A stretch of DNA of 64,000 nt, taken from positions 1 to 64,000 of the IMG/VR virus record IMGVR_UViG_3300023048_000002. One strand, given 5' to 3'. This stretch comes from a virus. Taxonomy: Duplodnaviria; Caudoviricetes. Shown piece by piece: positions 1 through 7,721 of the stretch. How positions within the stretch are numbered: position 1 is the stretch's first letter; each line of letters begins with the position of its first letter. Made by a program: the position numbers and the translations under genes. The notes beneath the pieces were generated by a model, which ran no database searches, was not told the DNA's origin, and worked only from the letters and a program-made list of their open reading frames with translations.

Positions 1-19
1 TTGTGAACGTGCGGAATTC

Positions 20-325
20 TTACCCTTCAGGGCTGCAATTCGTTCCATTGTGATTGTCTTCTTCAGACTCATTTTGTTTATCCTTATGATAATTTTCGTA
101 TTTGTTGTAGTAGGCACTGATTTCATCCATGCGTTCACGCTGTTGAGGTGATGCACGGCGATACCACATATCGTCTAAGTCACCCATCAAATTGGAAACC
201 TGATCATCATTATAAGGTTTCTCTTGTGCATGGATGAACTGGTCTAATACAATGTGGTATTCTTTAATCAATGGCTCATCTTGTTCAGAAATAAAATTCG
301 GTGGGGTCTGATACTGTTCTGTCAT
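20..325 (-). CDS. hypothetical protein
   Basis: ORF in a tightly packed minus-strand run. Confidence 0.6.
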   Translation of the reverse strand: MTEQYQTPPNFISEQDEPLIKEYHIVLDQFIHAQEKPYNDDQVSNLMGDLDDMWYRRASPQQRERMDEISAYYNKYENYHKDKQNESEEDNHNGTNCSPEG

Positions 326-830
326 AATGTCCTCTCTCTAATTGGTAGGAGATTAGATGCCATTCACCACCACTCCCATGGGTAAATTGATCATATACTA
401 AAGGATCGTCTTTAACAATATCCTTTACATCATTTACAAAGGTATCGATAGCTTCAATGTAATCTTTCTTGTTGAAAGAGTAGAAGCTCTTCAGATCGCC
501 ATAACCTTGATTCTTGGGGACACGCCACTCAACAGTGTGCTTGCGAACCTTTACCTTAATAGCATCCCAAATACCTGCACATCCGGCTGAACCACAGCCA
601 CAGGTTATGATCCAAGCATCGACATGTCGCTTTGCAGCAGACTTAACTAATGCATAATCATTAATGGTGTGATCGGATTCCACTCCATTGAGGATAAGCT
701 TAGGGACAAATTCGGAATAATCATATGAGTCTTCACCATAATGATCTTCAGGATTTGTACCTTCAGGATATTTTTCATGATCATGAATATGTAATTGAAC
801 TTCAGCATCAATGCGTATAGTATCGGTCAT
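285..830 (-). CDS. hypothetical protein with Cys cluster (TCGCGSAGC)
   Basis: ORF; start moved to MTDTIRI at 830, giving an ATGA overlap with the upstream gene. Confidence 0.65.
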   Translation of the reverse strand: MTDTIRIDAEVQLHIHDHEKYPEGTNPEDHYGEDSYDYSEFVPKLILNGVESDHTINDYALVKSAAKRHVDAWIITCGCGSAGCAGIWDAIKVKVRKHTVEWRVPKNQGYGDLKSFYSFNKKDYIEAIDTFVNDVKDIVKDDPLVYDQFTHGSGGEWHLISYQLERGHYDRTVSDPTEFYF

Positions 831-1045
831 GGTATGTTCTTCCATAGCCAGAACTTATAGACATGATCCAAGTCAATCTCTTCCATACGATCATTGAAGT
901 CATCTTCAGTACGATGATACATCTGTTCATCTTTAAGGTCTTGATAAACGATCAAGACCTGATCGCGAAGAGGACCAGCACCCTTAGAGGTTCCGACTAC
1001 CTTGTAGTAACCACCCTTATTCTTACATGTGTAAATCTTAATCAT
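827..1045 (-). CDS. DUF1653-like small protein
   Basis: KGGYYKVVG...VYQDL...MYHR...DF pattern. Confidence 0.55.
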   Translation of the reverse strand: MIKIYTCKNKGGYYKVVGTSKGAGPLRDQVLIVYQDLKDEQMYHRTEDDFNDRMEEIDLDHVYKFWLWKNIP

Positions 1046-1478
1046 GCTTATCCTTAACTGAGGTGTCCTTTTTAGGCTCTTCTTTCTTATCTTTGGTATC
1101 TTCTACCGAATCATCCTTAACACAAGAAATAGACACGTTGTTATTATAATACTTGTTTTCTGCTGTATAGCAAATGGTATGTGAATCTTTATCAACCACC
1201 TTAAAAATAAGTGCACTGGCAGTGTTATCATTATAATGATAACTACCATCAGAAAAAACAGAAGAATGTTGCTGCTGCTCTGTCAACGGAGATACTTCAG
1301 GTGGTTGAATAACTACTACTTTTGGTGGTGGAGTATTATGATCAGTCGGTGTTTTAGAATTACCACCACCAAAAAGAAAACCAAAAGTAAATCCGCCTAC
1401 AACAAATCCAACTCCAATGACTGATCTACGAAACATATTCATCCTGTTTTCATTTGGTTCTTTTTTGAGTCTGTACAT
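1038..1478 (-). CDS. membrane-anchored hypothetical protein
   Basis: N-terminal hydrophobic segment VIGVGFVVGGFTFGFLF. Confidence 0.6.
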   Translation of the reverse strand: MYRLKKEPNENRMNMFRRSVIGVGFVVGGFTFGFLFGGGNSKTPTDHNTPPPKVVVIQPPEVSPLTEQQQHSSVFSDGSYHYNDNTASALIFKVVDKDSHTICYTAENKYYNNNVSISCVKDDSVEDTKDKKEEPKKDTSVKDKHD

Positions 1479-1488
1479 TATTACACCA

Positions 1489-1827
1489 TTAACTGTGATT
1501 ATTCTTAAACATTGCTAGTTCCCTAGCAAACTGTTCTCTTGCTGGTCGGAGCAATTCATCTACCAGAGGTTTAGCTTGCGCAAGCCACTTCTCACAATAT
1601 CCATCAGAAAGTGGAAGATCATTGAAATTATCCACATTCCATAGAATAAGGCTAATCATCTGCTCACGTTCTGCTTCCAGCTTATGGAGAGATTCATCGA
1701 ATGCCGTTAGAGTCTTCTGAGCATCAGCATTTTCCGTATCAAAATCACGACCCTCAACACCTTCATTGTAGGCCAATTCCCAATACTTGTGAAAAAGCAT
1801 TCTCAATTCTTCGTATTCGGTTTTCAT
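1489..1827 (-). CDS. hypothetical protein
   Basis: ORF with ATGA overlap. Confidence 0.6.
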   Translation of the reverse strand: MKTEYEELRMLFHKYWELAYNEGVEGRDFDTENADAQKTLTAFDESLHKLEAEREQMISLILWNVDNFNDLPLSDGYCEKWLAQAKPLVDELLRPAREQFARELAMFKNNHS

Positions 1828-2015
1828 TTCACAACCTCAAAATTCTTGATGCACATTTCGTGCTGCATCTTATCTGTAACAATAACTCCACCATTGCTAG
1901 CACAAGTATCTACACGATCCTGTGCATTCATCTTAAGAATGAGCAAGCCAAACGCTAGGACTATGAGAAGCGAGACCTGTACGATCACATTTCTGCGAGT
2001 GTAATTGTATTCCAT
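1824..2015 (-). CDS. small membrane protein
   Basis: Single TM helix; AAGGA RBS. Confidence 0.55.
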   Translation of the reverse strand: MEYNYTRRNVIVQVSLLIVLAFGLLILKMNAQDRVDTCASNGGVIVTDKMQHEMCIKNFEVVK

Positions 2016-2023
2016 GATTATCC

Positions 2024-2311
2024 TTAAGGAAGCACGTAGTGATGAATCTGATCAGTGAACACCTTGACTTTGTTCAAGCTCAGACGGAAGATGATTTCAC
2101 CAGCATCATGCTTGTTGATGGCTTCCTTTACCTTGATGGTACGACCCTTAGGAGTTGTCTGAACAAGACGATAGCACTTATCACCAGTCAAGGTCGTGTA
2201 GCACTGAATGTAAGTATGTTCATCGAAGTGTTTCACGACAAGATCAAAGTTTACATCGTTCGTACCCGTGATCTGGTTGAGTTTGATGCTATTGGAAAGA
2301 GTGGTCTTCAT
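2024..2311 (-). CDS. hypothetical protein
   Basis: ORF in operon. Confidence 0.55.
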   Translation of the reverse strand: MKTTLSNSIKLNQITGTNDVNFDLVVKHFDEHTYIQCYTTLTGDKCYRLVQTTPKGRTIKVKEAINKHDAGEIIFRLSLNKVKVFTDQIHHYVLP

Positions 2312-2315
2312 AATC

Positions 2316-2561
2316 TTATGTAGTTGGATACCAAATTGGATTATAATGCATTAAACTATTACGGTCAATGGTAAGGAGCTTAATTGCACGCTCTTCCAAG
2401 CTTGTAGCTGCATATTCACCCATGTCTCGTGGACTGTGATTACACCCATATGAATGGCTGTCCATCGAATCGCCACAGCAGCAGGTACCAGTGTCTATGT
2501 TGACATTGTGGATGAGACTGATAAAGTCTCTAATTAGTTCTTTGTAGTCATTTTCAATCAT
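2316..2561 (-). CDS. hypothetical protein (CCCG...H...H metal-binding motif)
   Basis: ORF; start at MIEND, just after the terminator. Confidence 0.55.
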   Translation of the reverse strand: MIENDYKELIRDFISLIHNVNIDTGTCCCGDSMDSHSYGCNHSPRDMGEYAATSLEERAIKLLTIDRNSLMHYNPIWYPTT

Positions 2562-2575
2562 AAAATTTCCATAGA

Positions 2576-2605
2576 AAAAGGCCAAGGGTTAAACCCTTGG
2601 CCTTT
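2576..2605. terminator. intrinsic terminator after the tRNA pair
   Basis: GGCCAAGGG-TTAAA-CCCTTGGCC hairpin with A/T tails; near-identical copy at 20930-20962. Confidence 0.8.
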
Positions 2606-2608
2606 ATT

Positions 2609-2738
2609 TGGTGCCCCACCCCGGACTTGAACCGGGACGCCCTCACGGGCGGCGGATTTTTTGAAGCGCTCTCGTGTGAAATAATCTCTAAAAGCGCTTG
2701 GAAGAATCCGCTGCGTCTACCAGTTCCGCCAGCAGGGC
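2609..2738 (-). tRNA. tRNA-Leu body with a 43-nt insertion in the anticodon loop (intron-like; anticodon CAA if removed after position 34)
   Basis: Acceptor GCCCTGC/GTGGGGC-A-CCA, Leu-type D arm GCGGAACTGGTAGACGC, anticodon stem GCGGA/TCCGC closing a 50-nt loop, long variable arm, T arm CCCGG-TTCAAGT-CCGGG. Confidence 0.8.
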
Positions 2739-2750
2739 ATTCATTTAAAT

Positions 2751-2836
2751 TGGTACCGACACCCGGACTTGAACCGGGACGCCATCACTGGCAGATCATT
2801 TTGAGTGATCCAAGTCTACCATTCCATCATGTCGGC
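2751..2836 (-). tRNA. tRNA-Leu(CAA)
   Basis: Cloverleaf, GATCA-CTCAAAA-TGATC anticodon arm, long variable arm, A73, encoded CCA. Confidence 0.92.
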
Positions 2837-2879
2837 ATAACGCTAAATTATTTATCCCTATAATTTAACGGTCTTTATA

Positions 2880-3060
2880 ATTCCTTCAATCAGCGGAAGG
2901 ACTAGCCGGGTCCGCAGTCTACATGAATTCGAATAGGGCGACAATCCCTTGATGCGGCATTTCTAGACCACCGCTATGAGTTGCCATCAGTACTCATAGT
3001 TTGCTGTCATTATTTCTTCAATCTATTGGGATATAATTGAATACTCATTCCAGCGGCAAT
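2880..3060. ncRNA. candidate structured non-coding RNA (multi-hairpin)
   Basis: No substantial ORF; several stems (TCCTTC/GAAGGA, AGGG/CCCT, GCGG/CCGC, CTATGAGT/ACTCATAG, TTCAAT/ATTGAA). Confidence 0.35.
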
Positions 3061-3063
3061 ACT

Positions 3064-3447
3064 TTATTTATACTCTGCAAAGATTTCACGAATCTTTGCT
3101 TCATCATCTTCAAGGTCACAATAACCATTGACCTCAAAATGATTCTGTCCATCCTTGGTAGGAAGGCTTAGTAGCGTCGAGTACGTATTGTGCATAATAG
3201 AATTCAGACGGATTGCTGTCTTGCGAACACGATACGTGGAACCCGAATATCCAGTAATATACCATGTATCACCTTCGTCTTCAACCTTTGAAATTCCAGA
3301 GTTGAGACGCCAGTAAGAACCATCTAGATAGCCACCAGACCATCCACCAAGAATCTTGGTAACACGATCACCTGTGGTGAGGTTCTTAATATCAATTAAG
3401 ACCCAACTATCTGGATTGTAATCAGCATATTTAATTTCTTCATTCAT
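3064..3447 (-). CDS. conserved phage hypothetical protein (GGWSGGYLDGSYWRLNSGI)
   Basis: Motif familiar from large myoviruses; start moved to MNEEIK. Confidence 0.7.
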   Translation of the reverse strand: MNEEIKYADYNPDSWVLIDIKNLTTGDRVTKILGGWSGGYLDGSYWRLNSGISKVEDEGDTWYITGYSGSTYRVRKTAIRLNSIMHNTYSTLLSLPTKDGQNHFEVNGYCDLEDDEAKIREIFAEYK

Positions 3448-3605
3448 AGTGATGAGTTTGCCTCTACGATAATAAACGTAAAAAATACGAGGATACCCAT
3501 TGATGCGATACCTGCTACGTATGATCCATGATCCGTCATGATCAAAATCATAACACAGATTAGTGTTAAAAGCGCTGTCATCCAAGACTTAGTAAATCGT
3601 TTCAT
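3444..3605 (-). CDS. 53-aa two-TM membrane protein (not in ORF track)
   Basis: MKRFTKSWMTALLTLICVMILIM...; ATGA overlaps at both ends. Confidence 0.6.
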   Translation of the reverse strand: MKRFTKSWMTALLTLICVMILIMTDHGSYVAGIASMGILVFFTFIIVEANSSL

Positions 3606-3979
3606 TGTTCTTCCAATTGTTTCTGTAAACGGTTTAGGGTGCCTGTAAGATTGCTATGATGAAACTTCCATATTCTGAAATGTTTTTCACGTTTAAATAT
3701 GTCTTCTGCCTGAATTTCTTCAGCAGTCATGGGAACGTATTTCATCAGATATAGTGTTCCACTAGGCCAACCTTCAACCTTAATGTCTGCAAGCTCATGT
3801 CCCTTACAGGCTTGAACAATTTCCGTAGCAGTTGGGACATGCTTGAATTCAGCGATGATATCACGGCGTTCAGTAGCATTGCTGACGATGTGAGTCATAT
3901 CTTCAGGAGAATTAAAATGGCCCAAGGCTAACAGACGACGCTTCGTGTTTACAATTTGTTGTTTGATGGCATCGCTCAT
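3602..3979 (-). CDS. hypothetical protein, paralog of 3976..4392
   Basis: Shared QQIxxxxxxLxxLGxxNxPEDMxHI motif. Confidence 0.7.
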   Translation of the reverse strand: MSDAIKQQIVNTKRRLLALGHFNSPEDMTHIVSNATERRDIIAEFKHVPTATEIVQACKGHELADIKVEGWPSGTLYLMKYVPMTAEEIQAEDIFKREKHFRIWKFHHSNLTGTLNRLQKQLEEQ

Positions 3980-4392
3980 TTGGCATGAATCCTTTTCAGT
4001 TCTTCAATATGAGCATCCCATTCTTTCTGCTTCTGTGTCAGTTCTACAAGACTTTCATTCAGCATCTTGTACTCTTTCTGCCAGTGTTCAAAGGAGAGCT
4101 TGCGCGAATTTTCAACCCATTCGGCCTTTTCTGCATCAGTTACATCAATCACTTGGTAGATGTTTAGATCACCATCATACGAAGCTTCGATCATGACGGT
4201 ATCTGGATCATAACCAGCAGTGAGTTTCAACAGTTCAGTAAGCGTGTAGCTAGGATCAAAATCTGAAATATATTCACGATTATGATCAGCGCCAGTGTAC
4301 TGGATATGAATCATGTCCTCAGGACCATTATAAAATCCGAGCTTCCCAAGCTTCTTAACAACGGAATTAATTTGCTGAGTATTCTTAGCCAT
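3976..4392 (-). CDS. hypothetical protein, paralog of 3602..3979
   Basis: Shared N-terminal motif with the neighbour. Confidence 0.7.
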   Translation of the reverse strand: MAKNTQQINSVVKKLGKLGFYNGPEDMIHIQYTGADHNREYISDFDPSYTLTELLKLTAGYDPDTVMIEASYDGDLNIYQVIDVTDAEKAEWVENSRKLSFEHWQKEYKMLNESLVELTQKQKEWDAHIEELKRIHAK

Positions 4393-4458
4393 TTTTTACA
4401 CCGTGAGTGGTTAGGATGCGATCAGTATAATGGATTTAATTATGGAAGACAAGAAATG

Positions 4459-4488
4459 AAAAACCTCAAGATTTCTCTTGAGGTTTTT
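4459..4488. terminator. intrinsic terminator after the tRNA cluster
   Basis: AAAAACCTCAAG-ATTTCT-CTTGAGGTTTTT. Confidence 0.8.
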
Positions 4489-4491
4489 GTT

Positions 4492-4577
4492 TGGTGGGCT
4501 AGGTGGGACTCGAACCCACACACCATTACGGCGTCAGAATCTAAATCTGATTCGGCTACCAATTACGACACCAGCCC
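4492..4577 (-). tRNA. tRNA-Leu(TAG), long variable arm
   Basis: TCAGA-TTTAGAT-TCTGA anticodon arm, T arm GTGGG-TTCGAGT-CCCAC, ACCA end. Confidence 0.9.
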
Positions 4578-4581
4578 AATA

Positions 4582-4666
4582 TGGAGCCCTTGACAGGATT
4601 CGAACCTGCATATCCTAAGATGGGAGATTCGTAATCTCCTGAGCTATCCAACTGCTCAACAAGGGC
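4582..4666 (-). tRNA. tRNA-Arg(ACG) with an atypical 13-nt variable region
   Basis: GGAGA-TTACGAA-TCTCC arm, D loop with A20, T arm GCAGG-TTCGAAT-CCTGT, TCCA end. Confidence 0.88.
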
Positions 4667-4672
4667 ATTATA

Positions 4673-4750
4673 TGGTAGGCAACCCCGGACTTGAACCGGG
4701 AAGCTACTCGTTCTAAGCGAGCAAGGTATACCAATTCCCTTCAGTTGCCC
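4673..4750 (-). tRNA. tRNA with TAG (Leu) anticodon and short variable loop
   Basis: GCTCG-CTTAGAA-CGAGT arm, 5-nt variable loop, Leu-like D loop, ACCA end; 78 nt. Confidence 0.85.
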
Positions 4751-4790
4751 ATACAGCTTTATTTATAAATCATGTAACTCAGATGAACTA

Positions 4791-5174
4791 TTATAGTGGA
4801 TTCCACAAATTAAACAAGTAATCCTTACCTTTGTTCAAATATTCAATCACCTTCGGTTCATCTGCACGGCAGACCTTAATAGTCGATTCAATTACGTACC
4901 CGTGGCGCTGAGCAACAATGTACACATTAAGGATGCCATTGATTTTTTCATCAGATTCGTAAGGTTTGATTTCACCATAACATCCATCATAGTACCCATG
5001 ATACTTCGCTTCTTCAATGGTATTGAAATCAAACCAATCCCAACGAATGATTAGATTATAATCAGGATCAGCATCACCAAATTCATCTAGATAATCTGTG
5101 AAAGATTCATAGTTTTCACCATGTTGACCTGTACAATGATAATTATGCTTAATTTCCCACAGATGCTTATCCAT
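4791..5174 (-). CDS. conserved phage hypothetical protein
   Basis: ORF with D-PDYNLIIRWDW motif. Confidence 0.65.
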   Translation of the reverse strand: MDKHLWEIKHNYHCTGQHGENYESFTDYLDEFGDADPDYNLIIRWDWFDFNTIEEAKYHGYYDGCYGEIKPYESDEKINGILNVYIVAQRHGYVIESTIKVCRADEPKVIEYLNKGKDYLFNLWNPL

Positions 5175-5183
5175 CGTATATCC

Positions 5184-5429
5184 TTAGAATTCGTTATGTT
5201 GAGTGTTAGTCATGATCTGAAGAGCTTCAGCAGCATCCTGAAATGGGATATCTGCTACATGTGCCAAATGTGATACCGCAACATAATCATCTTCATGAAG
5301 GCTGATTTCGTCTACAGGATTTCCATAGACTACTTCACGTAGTGACTCAATCATTTCATCGCTTACTGTGCTGTAGGTATCATATAGTGTCAGGAAATCT
5401 TTAACAACCAATATTACATCTTTAGACAT
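5184..5429 (-). CDS. hypothetical protein
   Basis: ORF in operon. Confidence 0.55.
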   Translation of the reverse strand: MSKDVILVVKDFLTLYDTYSTVSDEMIESLREVVYGNPVDEISLHEDDYVAVSHLAHVADIPFQDAAEALQIMTNTQHNEF

Positions 5430-5441
5430 TCTTAATTACTC

Positions 5442-5771
5442 TTAGAGGCCATCGATTTCAAGTTTAAATACATTGAAATAACGTAGTAGAGGGGTGATAT
5501 CTCGGATACCATTTAGTTTGATCTGGCGATAGACCTTACCAGCAAACTCAGCATATTCTGTTGCGAACTCACTCAGACTGTCATTGTCTTCTGGAATATT
5601 TGAAAAGTCATATTCAACGACTGATGCAATCTTGGTAGCATCCTCGGCTGAAATAGGAGTGTCAAGTTCCTGAAGGCGAGTCCAGAAAATCTTGTAAAAC
5701 TTGATGTTCGCAGACTGATCAAATGATGCCGTCAGACTACGGAGCTTGATGTTTAGTTCTTCTCGGTTCAT
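5442..5771 (-). CDS. hypothetical protein
   Basis: ORF with TAATG overlap. Confidence 0.6.
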   Translation of the reverse strand: MNREELNIKLRSLTASFDQSANIKFYKIFWTRLQELDTPISAEDATKIASVVEYDFSNIPEDNDSLSEFATEYAEFAGKVYRQIKLNGIRDITPLLRYFNVFKLEIDGL

Positions 5772-6253
5772 TAATTTTCTCGTTTATAATTTAAAGCTTC
5801 TTCCCAATAGGTCTTTGTTATGACCATATTGTAGGAATTCGTTTTGCCTTCTATATCAATTCCACAATGAAGCTTTGCCTCTTTGTACATGATGGTTGCA
5901 ACATCATGATAGTCTAGCATGATCAAAAATTTAATCATACGAGTGATACGACGATTGTTATGTGCAATCTGAAAACCCTTTGGATCAACATACCTATAAT
6001 TATTAAAGTATCGGGTTGCCATGCGAAGAGCATAGTCCATCACGAACTTGTCATTCTTCATCCATGCCAAGGTCTCATCATCAAGAACAGGAGCATCAGT
6101 TACGATTTCGCTTGGTTCGAAATTAGGGAATGCACGCTGACACCAATTATGCGTTGATTCAATCCAATGAAAATCGGCCTTAACTACCTGATCAAAGGTA
6201 GGTGAACCATCTACTGAAACATTGGTATAAAAATTCTTAATTTGGTTGTTCAT
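5771..6253 (-). CDS. OGFr (opioid growth factor receptor) conserved-domain protein
   Basis: IESTHNWCQRAFP and HNNRRITRMIKFL motifs. Confidence 0.7.
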   Translation of the reverse strand: MNNQIKNFYTNVSVDGSPTFDQVVKADFHWIESTHNWCQRAFPNFEPSEIVTDAPVLDDETLAWMKNDKFVMDYALRMATRYFNNYRYVDPKGFQIAHNNRRITRMIKFLIMLDYHDVATIMYKEAKLHCGIDIEGKTNSYNMVITKTYWEEALNYKREN

Positions 6254-6773
6254 TATCTTCTTCTACGAAGGAAACAATTGGGCAGAACTTGTTCTTATAC
6301 GCATCACGGGCAACAGAGAACAGAGAAGGTTCCTTTTTCTCCTGCTCAGTCTTATCCTTCTTGAGCTTATTCTTCAACTTTCCGTAAATCTCACCAATGA
6401 AAGTAGCACTGGCGATGAAAGAAAAAACGAAGGCTACCACTGAAGAGAATAACAGACCAATAAGTCCAAAAAGAAGGGCTACCTGCATCGGCCATGGGGA
6501 ACCTTGGATAGTAAGACCAATAAATCTTCCATCAAACCCGACTTGAGAGATGCCATAGATAACATCGTAGATAGCATTTGGAATTAGTGCGAAAATCAAA
6601 ACACCAAATGCGAAAAGCTTAAGTGCTGTAGCGATCACCATACGGTAATACTGACAGAACGTGTTTGGGAAGCGATGGCAATAATAAGCCCTGTCACTGT
6701 CAAACATTTTGATCTTCTCGTTCCAGTGAACAAGGAAACGATATGATGTTGATTTAGAAGTAATATTAAACAT
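6237..6773 (-). CDS. membrane protein
   Basis: Two hydrophobic helices; PNTFCQY and KNKFCP motifs. Confidence 0.65.
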   Translation of the reverse strand: MFNITSKSTSYRFLVHWNEKIKMFDSDRAYYCHRFPNTFCQYYRMVIATALKLFAFGVLIFALIPNAIYDVIYGISQVGFDGRFIGLTIQGSPWPMQVALLFGLIGLLFSSVVAFVFSFIASATFIGEIYGKLKNKLKKDKTEQEKKEPSLFSVARDAYKNKFCPIVSFVEEDNEQPN

Positions 6774-6775
6774 AA

Positions 6776-7198
6776 TTAAATTCCATGATTGATAACAGAA
6801 ATGCCGCCTTCCGAATTGGAATGGACAACACGACGAATGCCACTTTTAATAATCAAAGCGTTACAGCCTTCACAGGGGCAGCTTTCCATTAGGTTACCCT
6901 TGCTGTCTGCACGAATAACGAAAAGCGTACTCTTTCGGAAATCAGTTGACACATCCTTGAGACAATCGACCTCAGCATGAATCCACGAATACTCTTGATA
7001 AGTAGAACCCAATTTGTGGCTTCTGGAATTGATTTTCTGGAATGGATCAGACTTTGATTTGTTGACGCCAATACTAATTGTTTTATTACCACTCGTCAAG
7101 AGTGCTGCATGCTTGCAACGCAATCCATTATCCAAATTCATCGCAAGCTTGCGAAGGGTTCGGATATGTGTCAGTTCATAGCTTTTAATAAGATTCAT
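6776..7198 (-). CDS. Zn-dependent cytidine/deoxycytidylate deaminase-family protein
   Basis: HAE and PCxxC motifs. Confidence 0.8.
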   Translation of the reverse strand: MNLIKSYELTHIRTLRKLAMNLDNGLRCKHAALLTSGNKTISIGVNKSKSDPFQKINSRSHKLGSTYQEYSWIHAEVDCLKDVSTDFRKSTLFVIRADSKGNLMESCPCEGCNALIIKSGIRRVVHSNSEGGISVINHGI

Positions 7199-7662
7199 GA
7201 ATAGCTTTCAAGGTAATAGTCAATGTATTCTTTGGTAAGGTCATTCTCCATCATGTAAGCCTCGCGCTCCCATGGGAGCTTATCAATAGTTCGCAAATCA
7301 AGTCCTTCATATGGGTTAGTACCAAAACCATTAGTACCCCAATACCATATACCAGTCTTGGATACTTTCAGTTTTCCACTGATATATTGAGCGGCATGGA
7401 CACATTCATGAGCTATTGTTGCGAGGGTCATGATGAAGTTCATCCCCTTGCGAATACGAATTGTAACCTTTAATTCATTACTTTTCAAGCGGCGATAATA
7501 GCACTCACCACTATCAGTCATATTTGCATCTACCTTAATTTCAATTACTTTGGTATTAGAGGTGTCAACACCCTTAAGTAATTTATTTAAGAAATACCTT
7601 GTTGCTTTAACATAGACCTCATTGTTCTGGTCCCGTTTCTTACTGACTAGTCTAAACTGCAC
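7195..7662 (-). CDS. putative zinc metallopeptidase
   Basis: TIAHECVHAAQ (HExxH) and PWEREA. Confidence 0.7.
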   Translation of the reverse strand: MQFRLVSKKRDQNNEVYVKATRYFLNKLLKGVDTSNTKVIEIKVDANMTDSGECYYRRLKSNELKVTIRIRKGMNFIMTLATIAHECVHAAQYISGKLKVSKTGIWYWGTNGFGTNPYEGLDLRTIDKLPWEREAYMMENDLTKEYIDYYLESYS

Positions 7663-7676
7663 GTTTCACCCAAAAA

Positions 7677-7710
7677 GAAAGAGCGAGGGATTTAATCCCT
7701 CGCTCTTTTA
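7677..7710. terminator. intrinsic terminator
   Basis: GAGCGAGGGA-TTTAA-TCCCTCGCTC hairpin. Confidence 0.75.
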
Positions 7711-7721
7711 TTTACACCAAA

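Noticed and set aside
2880-3060. RNase P RNA or hammerhead ribozyme
   Set aside because: No GAGGAAAGUC P4 strand; CTGATGG lacks the CUGAUGA...GAAA core arrangement.
2597-4593. Plus-strand ORFs 2597..2863 and 4282..4593
   Set aside because: Antisense to tRNA genes.
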